Position numbers and translations under genes: made by a program. Of a stretch of 55,164 bases of DNA, positions 18,890 through 30,600 are shown piece by piece. This DNA is from a virus (lineage: Duplodnaviria; Caudoviricetes), in the IMG/VR virus record IMGVR_UViG_3300046466_000192, positions 1-55,164 of that record, one strand, 5' to 3'. Below the pieces are notes generated by a model. It was not told the DNA's origin. It made no database searches and saw nothing but the letters and a program-made list of their open reading frames with translations. How positions within the stretch are numbered: the first letter of the stretch is position 1; every line of letters starts with the position of its first letter.

Positions 18890-21800
18890 ATGCCAGAAAT
18901 TAAACACCACTTTCGCGCAGGTAAAATGAATAAAGACCTGGACGAAAGATTAGTTCCTAATGGTGAATATAGACACGCATTGAATGTGCAGGTAGCAACA
19001 TCTGAAGGTGATGATGTTGGAGCTTTACAAAACGTGCTTGGAAATCAACAAGCGAGTAATGTTATGCCTACCGGCGCTAAGTGTATAGGCACTATAGCGG
19101 ACGAGGAAAACGATAAAATATACTGGTTTGTTCAAAGAACAAATCAAGTAAACGCAATACTGGAGTATCACAACGGTGCTGTAAACCCTGTCTTAATAGA
19201 TACTAATAACGTATTGCAATTTAGACCGTCAACATTAATAACTGGAATAAACATAATAGACGGTTTATTATTCTTCACAGATGACAACTCAGAACCTAAG
19301 GTTATAAACATAGAAAAATTTAAAGAGGGTTGTACAGATTTCTCAACACACACACAATTAATAGATCAAAACGGAGCAGCTTATAACTTCGTAGAAGAAG
19401 ATGTTACTGTTATTAAAAAAGGACCAACAACTGCTCCTGTTCTGTTCATGTCACCCACAAAAAGATTTAAACCTTTTCCACAAAACCAAGATAGTAATGG
19501 TAATCCAGTCCCTGGCGTAGTTGAAACAACAGCTACATTTAACGTTACTAATAGTGATGGTTTAGTAGAAATAGGTAGTCAAATTCAAATAACCGTTTAT
19601 GGCACGAATTGGCAAACAGGTGATACTGTTATAGCTACAGCTGGTGAAGACGGTGATGTTTTTGATGACGAGTATGGTGTTAGCTTTATTGTAAACAACG
19701 TAATAGCTGAAGATGATGACGAGCAATTAGTTGTATTAATAGTTCAATCAGCTACTAATACACAACCAACAACATCGGTTTCTTGGAACTTAAAACTTAA
19801 ACAAGATGATCCTTTGTTTGAAAAAGATCTTGTTAGGTTTGCTTATAGATATAAATATAAAGATGGTGAATATTCTTGTTTTTCTCCATTTACTCAAGTT
19901 GCTTTTTTACCAGGAACTTTTGAATATGACCCAGCACAAGGATATAATATCGGTATGGTTAACAATTTAAGATATTTAAAAATATCTGGATTTAGACCAA
20001 GCGACATACCAAAGCAGGTTGTTGAAACAGAGTTGTTATTTAAAAAAGAAGAAAGTACCAATATATACAGTGTTAAAAGTTTTAAAACAACTAGTGAAGG
20101 TTGGGGTAATAATTCTTACATAATAGAGTCTGAAATAATATATAAGATTCTTCCTTCTATGCAGTTATTAAGACCTTTTGACAACGTGCCGTTAAAAGCA
20201 AAATCGCAAGAGTTGGTTGCTAATAGAATAGTCTACGGAAACTACTTACAACAGTTTGATTTAGTTGACTCGCAGAATAGTGAAATAGACATGGATTTTA
20301 CTAGCTTTTTAGATCCACTGGGTTTTACTAGTTTAACAACAGTAGAACAAGACTCTTTACCACCACCTGAAAAATCTATAAAATCAATGAGAACATATCA
20401 GTTAGGCGTTGTTTATAGAGATGAGTATGGTAGAGAAACACCTGTGCAAACAGATCAAACTGGAAGTATAGTTGTCAATAAAGCGTCAGCTGCTAGCTTT
20501 AGTAGATTAAATGTAAAAGTTAATAATAGTGCTCCTGCCTTTGCAAGTAGTTTTAAGTTTTTTGTAAAAGACACATCTAACCAATATTACAACTTAGCTC
20601 AAGATAGATGGTATGACGCAGAAGATGGAAACGTATGGTTATCTTTTCCTTCTTCAGAAAGAAACAAAGTCGACGAAGAAACTTTTTTGATACTAAAAAA
20701 GAAACACGACGATGATGGACTTGTAACAGATTCTGCTAAGTATAAAATTATAGATATATCCAACGAGGCGCCTGTAGAGTTGAAAGAAATAAAAGCTTCT
20801 TATGGTGTGGCTACACATAGCTTTGCAGCACTTTATGGTGGTCCAAATGAAAGTGGCTTTCCTAGGCCCGAAGCTACTTATTTTTCTTTCAAACTTAGCG
20901 ATTGGAAAGCTAATCGTGGAGACGACGGTAGTACATCTGGTGGTTCTGAAATATTATCTACGTCTAATTTAGTTGTTAGAATAGTTGCTCCTGGTAAAAA
21001 AAGTAGATGGTATGATGTAGGAAATATATCTCTTACAGGTGCACATGGTACAACCAAAGATCTTCAAATTAACTTACAAGGAAGATTCGAAAATGATGTA
21101 GTGCAGTTTTACCCGGACGGCACTTTAAGTAGTGAAGTAAGCAACATTGGTTATGAAATAGCTAGAATAGAAACAAAAAACAAGCCAGAGTTTACTGGTA
21201 GGTTTTTTGTGAAAGTATATAAAGACGCTGCTTTAATAAAAAACATTTTAGAAGGAAACGCTACTGAAGAGTATGCTATAGTTAATTCAACACCTGTTAG
21301 TATACCAAGAAAAGATTGTGGCGGAAGACGTAACAAAGGTCACTGGGAACACAATGGCCAAAACGAAACAAGACAATTAAAATGGCACATGACTGGTTGT
21401 GGTCCTAATAGAATAAAAAACGATCTTGAAGGATCTGGTATGGGTCAAAGTTGGGCTGTTCCTCTTACGTCTAAAAGTGCTTGGAACTCTTCAGATGAAA
21501 AAATAGCACCTATAAGAATAGGTAGAGATACTGTTCAAATTGGTTTTGCCGCTGAAAGAAGCTTGTCTGGAATAAGAGGTAATGATAATGGTTTATATAG
21601 AGACTTTTTAGATAGAATAACTAGCGCTGGAACTAAAATAAGGTTTGCTGATGACCCAAACCAAAATGTGTACGAAATAAAATCACATGTAAGTAGAAGT
21701 TTCCGTAACTTCTTTTATGGTAGTAATAACCCTCAAGATAGTTGGTGGACAAACAAAAGAAGAGTTTTTATAATTAAATTAGATAGACCAGTTCAAGACT

Positions 21801-23206
21801 GGGATATTTTTACAGATGATCCCAACGGTATAAACCCTACATCTTCAAGAAGAACGGTTTGGGAAATTGTAGAAGACTATCAATCTGAAGCTTACAGAAC
21901 AAAAAACCCGGCTATATGGGAGACTGAGCCTAAAGAACAAGCTGAGTTAGATATATATTACGAAGCTAGTAATTCTATACCTATTTCTCAACACAATAAC
22001 AACCACGCTTTAGAATATCACAACTGTTTTAGTTTTGGTAATGGCGTAGAATCAAATAGAGTTAGAGATGATTTTAATCAACCGTTTATTAAAAAAGGTG
22101 TAAAAGCATCTGCACCACTAGCAGAACAATACAACCAAGAAAGAAGAAAAAATGGTTTAATATATTCTCAAATATATAATTCTATATCTGGTTTAAATGG
22201 AACTAATCAGTTTATAATGGCTGATAAAATAACGAAAGATTTAAACCCTGAGTATGGTAGTATACAAAAACTACATGTTAGAGGTACAGATATTTTAGCT
22301 TTGTGTGAAGACAAAGTTGTTAAAATACTAGCTAATAAGGATGCTTTGTTTAATGCAGACGGTAATGCAAACGTTACGGCGTCAAGCAACGTTTTAGGTC
22401 AAGCTATAATACCACCTACTTTTGGAGAGTTTGGTATAAGTAAAAACCCTGAAAGTTTTGCTGCAGATGGATATAGATGTTACTTCACAGACAGAGCTAG
22501 AGGAGCTGTATTAAGATTATCTATGAACGGTATTGTTAAAATATCTGACTATGGTATGTCAGACTATTTTAGTGATTCTTTAAAAAATATAACATCAGCT
22601 ATAGGTTGTATTAATGTTCAACAAGGTGTTTATTCTTTAACTTTAAATAGAAAGCCAGGTTACCAAGAGGTTGGTGGTGAAACTATAAACTTTAAAGAAG
22701 ATGTACAGGGTTGGACTAGCTTTGCTTCTTACATACCAGAACAGGGTGTATCTATAAACGACGAGTTTTACACTTTTAAAAATGGTGAAATATACTCACA
22801 TGATAATGATACTAGAAATAACTACTACGGTGTTCAATATCAAAGTAGTGTTAAGTTACTATTTAATGATATGCCTGATCAAGTGAAAACATTTAGAACT
22901 TTAAACTATGAAGGATCACAGGCTAAGTGGAATCAAAATTTAAATGATAATCAATATTATAATAATGTTGCTAAAAATGGTTGGTTTGCTAGTTCTGTAG
23001 AAACAGACATGCAGTCTGGCTTTGTAAAAGAGTTTGTTAAAAAAGAAGGTAAGTGGTTTAATTATATACATGGAACTAGAACAGATTTATCAAATATAGA
23101 TACTTCAGAGTTTTCTGTTCAAGGTATAGGTCAATTAAGCGGATCTGTAACTGGTGATACTACTCCAACTCAAGTAACAATAACAATTGTAGAAAATAAC
23201 GATTAA
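18890..23206 (+). CDS. Tail nozzle/muzzle (stabilization) protein
   Basis: 1438 aa; GKMNKDLDERLVPNGEYR start, RFAYRYKYxDGEYS, FGISKNPESFA, KEGKWFNYI; beta-propeller-like. Confidence 0.7.
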   Translation: MPEIKHHFRAGKMNKDLDERLVPNGEYRHALNVQVATSEGDDVGALQNVLGNQQASNVMPTGAKCIGTIADEENDKIYWFVQRTNQVNAILEYHNGAVNPVLIDTNNVLQFRPSTLITGINIIDGLLFFTDDNSEPKVINIEKFKEGCTDFSTHTQLIDQNGAAYNFVEEDVTVIKKGPTTAPVLFMSPTKRFKPFPQNQDSNGNPVPGVVETTATFNVTNSDGLVEIGSQIQITVYGTNWQTGDTVIATAGEDGDVFDDEYGVSFIVNNVIAEDDDEQLVVLIVQSATNTQPTTSVSWNLKLKQDDPLFEKDLVRFAYRYKYKDGEYSCFSPFTQVAFLPGTFEYDPAQGYNIGMVNNLRYLKISGFRPSDIPKQVVETELLFKKEESTNIYSVKSFKTTSEGWGNNSYIIESEIIYKILPSMQLLRPFDNVPLKAKSQELVANRIVYGNYLQQFDLVDSQNSEIDMDFTSFLDPLGFTSLTTVEQDSLPPPEKSIKSMRTYQLGVVYRDEYGRETPVQTDQTGSIVVNKASAASFSRLNVKVNNSAPAFASSFKFFVKDTSNQYYNLAQDRWYDAEDGNVWLSFPSSERNKVDEETFLILKKKHDDDGLVTDSAKYKIIDISNEAPVELKEIKASYGVATHSFAALYGGPNESGFPRPEATYFSFKLSDWKANRGDDGSTSGGSEILSTSNLVVRIVAPGKKSRWYDVGNISLTGAHGTTKDLQINLQGRFENDVVQFYPDGTLSSEVSNIGYEIARIETKNKPEFTGRFFVKVYKDAALIKNILEGNATEEYAIVNSTPVSIPRKDCGGRRNKGHWEHNGQNETRQLKWHMTGCGPNRIKNDLEGSGMGQSWAVPLTSKSAWNSSDEKIAPIRIGRDTVQIGFAAERSLSGIRGNDNGLYRDFLDRITSAGTKIRFADDPNQNVYEIKSHVSRSFRNFFYGSNNPQDSWWTNKRRVFIIKLDRPVQDWDIFTDDPNGINPTSSRRTVWEIVEDYQSEAYRTKNPAIWETEPKEQAELDIYYEASNSIPISQHNNNHALEYHNCFSFGNGVESNRVRDDFNQPFIKKGVKASAPLAEQYNQERRKNGLIYSQIYNSISGLNGTNQFIMADKITKDLNPEYGSIQKLHVRGTDILALCEDKVVKILANKDALFNADGNANVTASSNVLGQAIIPPTFGEFGISKNPESFAADGYRCYFTDRARGAVLRLSMNGIVKISDYGMSDYFSDSLKNITSAIGCINVQQGVYSLTLNRKPGYQEVGGETINFKEDVQGWTSFASYIPEQGVSINDEFYTFKNGEIYSHDNDTRNNYYGVQYQSSVKLLFNDMPDQVKTFRTLNYEGSQAKWNQNLNDNQYYNNVAKNGWFASSVETDMQSGFVKEFVKKEGKWFNYIHGTRTDLSNIDTSEFSVQGIGQLSGSVTGDTTPTQVTITIVENND

Positions 23207-23207
23207 T

Positions 23208-25340
23208 ATGGCACTAACAAATTGTACAATAACATCAGCATCTTTAACTGTAACAGCGGGTCAAGATTTAGGTAGTACTCCTGATCAAGTTTTAGTAATA
23301 ACCCCAAACACAGGTTATGTTGTTAGCGCTGCTGATTTCACAAATAACAGTGGTAGTGTTAACGGTATTACTAGTATTACACTAACTAATAGTGGCAGCG
23401 CTTACGAAGCTAGCAATAAGGTGTTAGTAACGTGTAATGTTGATGATAATTTTTCTACTAGTTCTAACGTTACATTAACAATAGATATAGACGGTGAAGC
23501 TAAGCTTGCTGAAGCACTTGAATACACTATAGCGGGTTCTTTAGTGCAGACTATATGTAGCACCAGTCTTAAAGAAAACACTACTTTTAATGGTAGTGGT
23601 GCTGAGGGTGATACAAGTTTATTGTTTACAAAGGTAGTTACTGTGTCTAACACATCAACACATTTTTTTCCAACAACACCTTCAATAGTATTACATAGCG
23701 TTGGTAATTACGCGAGTAACTACACTAGAGAAGCTGTTAATCAAGTTTACACTAACGGTAGATTAACTTCTGTTACATTGAAACTATATTGGACTCATCC
23801 AGCGGAAAACGTTGCTGGCCATACAATTACGATTGACTGTCCACAAGTAACTATACCAACACCTAAAACACTAATAACAGATTTATTTGTAGATGAGTCA
23901 GCAATAGACTCTAAAGGCGGTAGAAGATCTATTACTATAACCGGTAACAGTGGCGCTACTTTTTCTCTTACAATAACAAGAACTAGTAATAGTGATACTT
24001 ATGATTTTACAACAAACACTTTTACTTCATCGTCAACTGTTTTAACAGGCACAATACCAGCATCTGGATCAGTTGGTGCTTTTGTAATAATACCAACTAA
24101 TTCTTCAGGTGATACTTATAATTTTAGTTGCGTTGGTACTGGTAGCACAACAACATCTGCTGGTTCAACAAGTGACAACACAGCTTTTACAGCTTCAATA
24201 TCTCAGGGAACACCTATATCTTTAGTAGTTAACTCTACACAAGAAAACAACCCTGCTTTTTTTAGTATTGCATCAGCTAATAACACTTGTAGTTTGACAT
24301 CTGGTGGAGTTTATACAACCGTAAACGGTGAACCTCAGTACCCTAAAGCTTTATCTATAGCTATATCTAGAGTTGGTGGTGGTAATATTAAAATAAGAAA
24401 ACAACCAGAATTTATTGACTTAAATGGTAATGCTGTTGATTTTACAAATATAGATAGTGGTTCAAATGGTGGTACAGAGTGGAGCATTAGTGATTTAGCT
24501 GCTACTGGTGATGGAACATCAACTGTTACTGTTGCTGGTAGTTTTTACGCTATAGAGGCTGGAACTTCAAGTGTTACCTCTGTTTTTAATATAAACAACG
24601 TGGTTAACACGCCTCCAGTTGCGTCATCTATAACTTCACAAGTATCAATAGCAAATAACACAGCAACTACTATTAGTTTAACAGCTGTAGATCACGATAA
24701 TGATCCGTTAACATATAGTGTTGTTTCAGCGCCAAGTAAAGGATCTGCTACAATAAACACATTAGGAGTAGCAACATACACACCAGCAGGTGCTTTGTCT
24801 TCTGGTGCTGATTCTTTTACATATAAAGTAAATGATGGTTATCAAGATAGTAACACCGCTACAGTAAATGTATACATACAAGGCTCTGGACAAGGAGGTA
24901 GTACATACTCTACCCCACAGGTTAGATGGTACCAAATGGACACAGAGGCAAGTTCACCTGCTTATGGATTAATTACAAACTCGTCTTACCAAGGAACAGC
25001 CGCTATAGGTAATTTTGGTAACGGTAGCTCTTCGTTTAATGTTCAGATTACAGATTGGACTGTTACTATTGGGTCTGGTACTATGCCTAGCTACGTTGAT
25101 AACATGGGTGATATAACAATTAAATACGTATTAAAACTTGTTAGTAACAACTCAGTCGTTGCTGGGCCAACAGTTATGAATAAACTAAGTGGAAACATCA
25201 GTGGAACTAATTACAGTGTTGGTGCTATGGGCGCAACAATAGGAACTTCTATTACTCAAATATCAGTACCAGGTAATATAAACACAAGTCAAGAATATAG
25301 ATTAGAATTCATGGTAGAATACGATAACATACAACAATAA
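23208..25340 (+). CDS. Virion protein with Ig/cadherin-like (Big_9) domain
   Basis: S/T-rich beta sandwich sequence with NTPPVA...DHDNDPLTYSVV..PSKG...DSFTYKVNDG. Confidence 0.65.
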   Translation: MALTNCTITSASLTVTAGQDLGSTPDQVLVITPNTGYVVSAADFTNNSGSVNGITSITLTNSGSAYEASNKVLVTCNVDDNFSTSSNVTLTIDIDGEAKLAEALEYTIAGSLVQTICSTSLKENTTFNGSGAEGDTSLLFTKVVTVSNTSTHFFPTTPSIVLHSVGNYASNYTREAVNQVYTNGRLTSVTLKLYWTHPAENVAGHTITIDCPQVTIPTPKTLITDLFVDESAIDSKGGRRSITITGNSGATFSLTITRTSNSDTYDFTTNTFTSSSTVLTGTIPASGSVGAFVIIPTNSSGDTYNFSCVGTGSTTTSAGSTSDNTAFTASISQGTPISLVVNSTQENNPAFFSIASANNTCSLTSGGVYTTVNGEPQYPKALSIAISRVGGGNIKIRKQPEFIDLNGNAVDFTNIDSGSNGGTEWSISDLAATGDGTSTVTVAGSFYAIEAGTSSVTSVFNINNVVNTPPVASSITSQVSIANNTATTISLTAVDHDNDPLTYSVVSAPSKGSATINTLGVATYTPAGALSSGADSFTYKVNDGYQDSNTATVNVYIQGSGQGGSTYSTPQVRWYQMDTEASSPAYGLITNSSYQGTAAIGNFGNGSSSFNVQITDWTVTIGSGTMPSYVDNMGDITIKYVLKLVSNNSVVAGPTVMNKLSGNISGTNYSVGAMGATIGTSITQISVPGNINTSQEYRLEFMVEYDNIQQ

Positions 25341-25342
25341 TT

Positions 25343-25687
25343 ATGCCAAGTATAACATTAACATTTGATAACCCAGTTCAAGATTCAGTACAAGTTGGAG
25401 ACATAGCTTATTATACAAGCACAGGTACAACTGGAGGTTTTTTAACAGGAGGATCAATAGTTGAAATGGGTAGTATAACAGCTATAGGTGAATATTCTAT
25501 AACTTGTAATATTAGCGCATCAACAACTAGGCCCTCAGCAAACGACTTTATACTTTTCAGTAAAGACAATAGAGTAAACGTAGCTAGTATAACTGGTTAT
25601 TTTGCTGAAGTGAACTTAACAAACGACTCTACTACTGAGGCAGAGGTTTTCCATGTTAGTGGAGAGATAGTTATAAGTAGTCAATAA
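25343..25687 (+). CDS. Small virion structural protein
   Basis: 114-aa beta-rich ORF (SVQVGDIAYY, FILFSKD) in the tail block. Confidence 0.6.
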   Translation: MPSITLTFDNPVQDSVQVGDIAYYTSTGTTGGFLTGGSIVEMGSITAIGEYSITCNISASTTRPSANDFILFSKDNRVNVASITGYFAEVNLTNDSTTEAEVFHVSGEIVISSQ

Positions 25688-25688
25688 C

Positions 25689-25698
25689 ATGTAATTAT
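25689..25698 (+). promoter_or_regulatory. Putative late promoter element ATGTAATTAT
   Basis: Upstream of ejection genes; TCAATAACATGT is shared exactly with 16102-16113. Confidence 0.4.
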
Positions 25699-25726
25699 AA
25701 TATTAACAATATAAAAATTTAAGAAT

Positions 25727-26350
25727 ATGGCAATACCACCACAGTTAATAGTAGGAGGCGTAAAGGCCCTTAGCAGTATAGCCGGGGGTATAATCGGTTC
25801 TAAGAAAAGAAAAAAAGAGCAAAAACAAGCTCAAGCAAACTACGATAAACAGTTACAAAGATTAGAGGGCATGGACACATCAAATCCATATGCTAATCAA
25901 GAAAACGTGTATGAAGATCTAACTGTTAATACACAGCAAGCTGATATGCTTGCTCAGCAGCAGCAGCAATCGCTAGCTAACACAATGGGTAGCTTACAAG
26001 GAGCTGCTGGGGGTAGTGGTATAGCTGCTTTGGCTCAATCAATGGCTAACCAACAATCACAAAACCTACAAGCTGCCACAGCTAGCATAGGTCAACAAGA
26101 GGCTCAAAACCAACAGATGCAGGCTAGACAAGCTGGTGTTATGCAAGAGAATATGGTTAAAGGCGACATGATGTCTAGACAAATGGAAGCTAGTAAAGTT
26201 TCAGGTATGCTAGGTAGAGCAGAGCAAAGACTTTCCGCGGCAAATCAAGCTAGGCAAGCTGCCACTAATAGCATAATGGGTGGTGCTGGAGAAATAGCTG
26301 GTATGGCCGCTAGCTTTTTACCAGGAGGTGGTATGAACAGACCAGGATAG
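25727..26350 (+). CDS. Ejection/pilot protein 1
   Basis: Q/A/G/M-rich, amphipathic glycine-rich termini, position typical of podoviral internal proteins. Confidence 0.6.
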   Translation: MAIPPQLIVGGVKALSSIAGGIIGSKKRKKEQKQAQANYDKQLQRLEGMDTSNPYANQENVYEDLTVNTQQADMLAQQQQQSLANTMGSLQGAAGGSGIAALAQSMANQQSQNLQAATASIGQQEAQNQQMQARQAGVMQENMVKGDMMSRQMEASKVSGMLGRAEQRLSAANQARQAATNSIMGGAGEIAGMAASFLPGGGMNRPG

Positions 26351-26373
26351 ATTAAAAAAATTAAAAACAAAAT

Positions 26374-27654
26374 ATGAGAATTCCAGATTATTCAGGCGGA
26401 GATTCGCCAATGGGAAGAGACGTAGAGGTTTCTAGCCAATTGGCAGCACAAGACAGAGAGCTTCAAGCTAAGATGGATAAAGTCATTCAGCTTAGAAGAG
26501 AGGCTAAAGCTGAAGAAGCTAGGTCTAACGCTAAAATAGAGAAATATCTAAGTCAAATGCCTGATGGTGTTGACACTAGTAAAGTACCTAGTTCAGCTAG
26601 AGGAGAATTGCAGGGTTGGGCTAAAAGCAAACATATAGAGTTTGGTAACTACGCACAACAAGCAGCTGTCGCTGAGTCTCAAGGTGATTATTCTACAGCT
26701 ATAAGCTACAAGCAAAAGATGGCTCAAGTTGAACAACAATTTAAAAACTTAGACTCTCAGCTAAGTAACTTTAAGCAGTATAAAGACACTTTTTTGAAAG
26801 ATGCTGAAGACGGAGCGATAAGCAATGCTTTAAACCCTAAGAAAAGAGCCTTACTTTCCTCAGTATATACCGATGATATGATAATGGAGTTTACAGACGA
26901 AGGAACTATAATGTTTACTGATGAAACTGGTTATTTAAAGTTTGATGATATTCCTGATTATACTGTTAAAAATAACAAAGGCGCTAGTGAAATATTAAAA
27001 ATGAACGACAGTCTTTTCAATAGCGGTTCTAGAATAAGTTCAAGTAAAGAAAGGTTGCTTAAAATGAAGCTGCAAAACATAACTAAGTCAAGAGATGAGG
27101 TTTTATCATTGGCTACAGACGACTTTATAACAGAAGGTGGTTTAGGTATACTAGACCAAGACTTGTTATACAACGTTGAAAGAACAGACGAATTAAGGAA
27201 TAAAGTAATAGACTCTTACATGCAGATGTTTAAAGAGACTGCAAATCTTTCTTATAGTCAAAAACAATCAAGAGCTAATAATGGATCTGCTTTGAGTGAA
27301 AGAGATGCAATGGCGCAAATAAAAGGATTAGCTGATGCTATGAAAACAGGTGATCCAGAAGCTATAAATGAAGTTCTTGGAAAAGGTTTTGATGTCATGC
27401 AGTCAGATATAGAAAAAGGTAAAATAGAGATATTTAACAGCAAAGATGAAATGGTCGTTATTGATCCAACAGATATTAACGAGCTTACTAAGTTGTTTAA
27501 ATTAAAGAATATACCAGAAAGAATGTGGCCAGATTTGAGCTTAATAGATAAAATGAAATTAGCAAAAGACGCTAACGACATTTATGAAAATAAAGAGATA
27601 AAAGATCCTTCTTACTATATAGACAAGTACAAACACACAGTACAAAAATCGTAA
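26374..27654 (+). CDS. Ejection/internal virion protein 2
   Basis: 426 aa helical protein between pilot and giant protein. Confidence 0.55.
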   Translation: MRIPDYSGGDSPMGRDVEVSSQLAAQDRELQAKMDKVIQLRREAKAEEARSNAKIEKYLSQMPDGVDTSKVPSSARGELQGWAKSKHIEFGNYAQQAAVAESQGDYSTAISYKQKMAQVEQQFKNLDSQLSNFKQYKDTFLKDAEDGAISNALNPKKRALLSSVYTDDMIMEFTDEGTIMFTDETGYLKFDDIPDYTVKNNKGASEILKMNDSLFNSGSRISSSKERLLKMKLQNITKSRDEVLSLATDDFITEGGLGILDQDLLYNVERTDELRNKVIDSYMQMFKETANLSYSQKQSRANNGSALSERDAMAQIKGLADAMKTGDPEAINEVLGKGFDVMQSDIEKGKIEIFNSKDEMVVIDPTDINELTKLFKLKNIPERMWPDLSLIDKMKLAKDANDIYENKEIKDPSYYIDKYKHTVQKS

Positions 27655-27658
27655 TTTT

Positions 27659-30600
27659 ATGGAAGAATTAGAATTAATTGTTGACCGAATGATAAAAGCC
27701 GGTGAGCCAGAAGAGGCTATTGCTGGAGTAGTTAAGAGTTACACATCGGGAAAGACATCAGACCCAGTAATAAAGGAGGCGAGTACCGGGTCAAAAGAAG
27801 ATACGGCCTCACAATCGGAAGATACTTTTTCGGAATCACCGTTTTGGAACCACGATGAGACCCAAGAAAAACAAGGTTATTTTGAAGAAACTTTTGGTAA
27901 AGGGCTTTTAACAAACTTAGCAGATGACTTTACAAGAATCATTGGTGGTGGTAATGCTCAGGGAGCTGGTGTAAATGAAGCTTTTGATTTATACAAGTTT
28001 GGTCCTGAAATGACAGACGAACAATATCAAGATTTAATTGACGCGTCTAGAAGATTAGAAGAGTATGGTCAAACAGATGAGATGATATACGCTAGCCAGC
28101 AGTATGAAAAATACAAAAAAGAAGGAGATGGTGGTGTTAAAGCTTGGTTAAAAGCTTATATTACTTTAGACAACCCAACAGCTCTACCTCAATACATGGT
28201 TCAGTCTCTTGTTGGTATGGGTAGGTCTTTAGTAGATTCAGAAGAGGTTGCTGGTTTTGCCGCAGCAGGTGCTGGAACTGGTGCTGGTTTAGGCGCAGGT
28301 GGTGGAGCTGCTGTTGGATCTGTTTTTGCGGGAGTAGGTGCTGTTCCCGGTGCTGCGATTGGTGCTAAACTTGGTGCTGTGTCTGGTTTTATGGGTGGTT
28401 TATCAGGTGCTATGGAAACTTCATTAACAACAATGGATCTAGTTAGAGAGAAAGCAATTGAAAACGGTGTTGATTGGAGTAATTCTACAGACGAGCAAAG
28501 AATACAAGCTATAAAAGACATAACAAACAACAAAGAATCTTTTGATGATTTAAAAAGCAAAGCATTAGCAAGAGGTGTAACCATAGGTGTTATAGATGCC
28601 GCAACTGGTGTTGTTACAATGGGTGCTGCAAAAGGTGTTGGAGGACTTACTACTAAAAGCGTTTTAAGCTCAGCTACTAAGCCTTTATCCGCCACAGCTG
28701 CTGCTATAACTGAATCTGGTGGTGGTATAGCTAGTGAGTATTACGGTCAAAAAGCAGCGGGTCAAGAGTTCAATCTTGAAGAAATAATGATAGAAGGCTT
28801 CGCGGATAAAACATTTACAACCGTAGGCATAGCAAAAGGAGCTTTCACTGGTTCACCCAAGTATTCTATAAACGGTGAAACAATGAATGGTAAAAAGTTT
28901 CACGATGCCATAAAGCTAATGGATGACGAGGCTTATGTATCTGCTGATATAAAAGTAGAAAATTCTCCAGCTGTAGAAAGAGTTGTAAATAACAGGCGTA
29001 GTAATATAAATTTAGATCAAAAGGTAGATAGTAGAATAAATAACAGCGATGATAGATCAACGGTTATAAAGTTGATGAAAGAACAAAAGTCTTTAAATAA
29101 AAATAAAGAAGGTAACGCTAGTAGATTAGCTGAGATACAAGAAGAGATAAATACTATAAATGAAAAATACAAAGGCAACAAGGTAGATGTTACTATAGAA
29201 CAAAGAAAACAAGCTGTAGCAAAAGCTATAGATGATAAATTTGAAGCATCGTTTAATAAAAACTTAAAAGCTGTCAAAGAAGCCGCGGCTAAAAAAGATA
29301 CAACCATAGATGTATTTGAAGATGATGACGCTTACTATAATAAGATAGCGGAAAATCAAAATATTACTCCACAAGAGGCTAAAACAAAAGCAAAAGGTAG
29401 TGACGGTGTTTTTGTAGGTAAAGGTCAGATATTCATAAATAAAGCTCAAGCTAAAAAAGTTGGAGCTGTTGGAGTAGCAAGTCATGAATTTTTACACCCT
29501 GTGTTGAACGCCGCTATAGGCAATAGTAAACAACAGGGTAAAATTGTTTCTGATTTTAAAAAATCATTAACTAGCAAACAAAGAGCTTATGTAGATAAAA
29601 AGCTTAAAGCAAACTACGATCCTTCACAGTGGGACACTGAGTATTTAAATATATTTTCTGATGGTATACAAAATGGTGATATAAACTATGATCAAACGTT
29701 GTTTGAAAAGATAGGTGAATCAATAAAAAGATTTTTTGTAGGTCAAGGTTTTGATAATATATCATTTGATAGTGGTAGAGACGTATACAACTTCTTAAAA
29801 GAGTACAATACTAGTATTAAAAAGGAGGGTAAAGTTAGCAAAAAAGCTATGGATGCTATAACAGCAGCTGAGCAAAAGACTGGTAGAAAAGTTGGCAGCG
29901 TTGAAACCGTTGGTAACATGCAGATGTCAAGAACAGAAGACGTTGCTGAGGTAAATAGAATATACGAGGCAAACGAAAATAAAGATATTGCTGGTTTTGA
30001 AATAGCTGATAAGTATAGAGGTATGGCTGAGTCTACTTTTAAATCACTAAGAGATGGTTCTAACTACACTAACGATCAAAAAGATGTACTAGATCAGAAT
30101 AAAGAAGATATAATAGCTATGATGCTTTATGATAAAATACCTAGTCAAAAAGAAACATCAAAAGCTAGAAACGTAGTTGGTTTAGTTAAAGACTTTGTAA
30201 AAGAAAAGCAAAAATATAGAAACGTTGCGGCTTATATAAATACATTTTTTAAAGAAAGATCAAAAGAAGCTTTTAAATACTATGTTAAGGATGCTGTATT
30301 AGAAGGTATGACAACTGAAGATGGTACTCTTAAATCATCTGTTGCTAAAAAAACATCAAAACAGAGTAGTGTAAACCAGGGTAAAGAAGCTAGGAAGTTA
30401 ACCAGCTTTGACAAATTAAAATCTAAAAAAGAATCTTTTTTAACACCAGCTTTAAAAAAATCTATATTTAACGAAGTATCAAAAAATATAAAACTAGTTG
30501 TAGCTAAAACAGGAACTAACCTACAATCAGCTATTAACTCTATGGAAAGCATAGTTAATAACGAGGTTAGAAAAATAGTAACTAAAGACTTAGGTAATAT

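Noticed and set aside
25955-25970. CAG triplet run
   Set aside because: Simply encodes poly-Gln in the Q-rich pilot protein.
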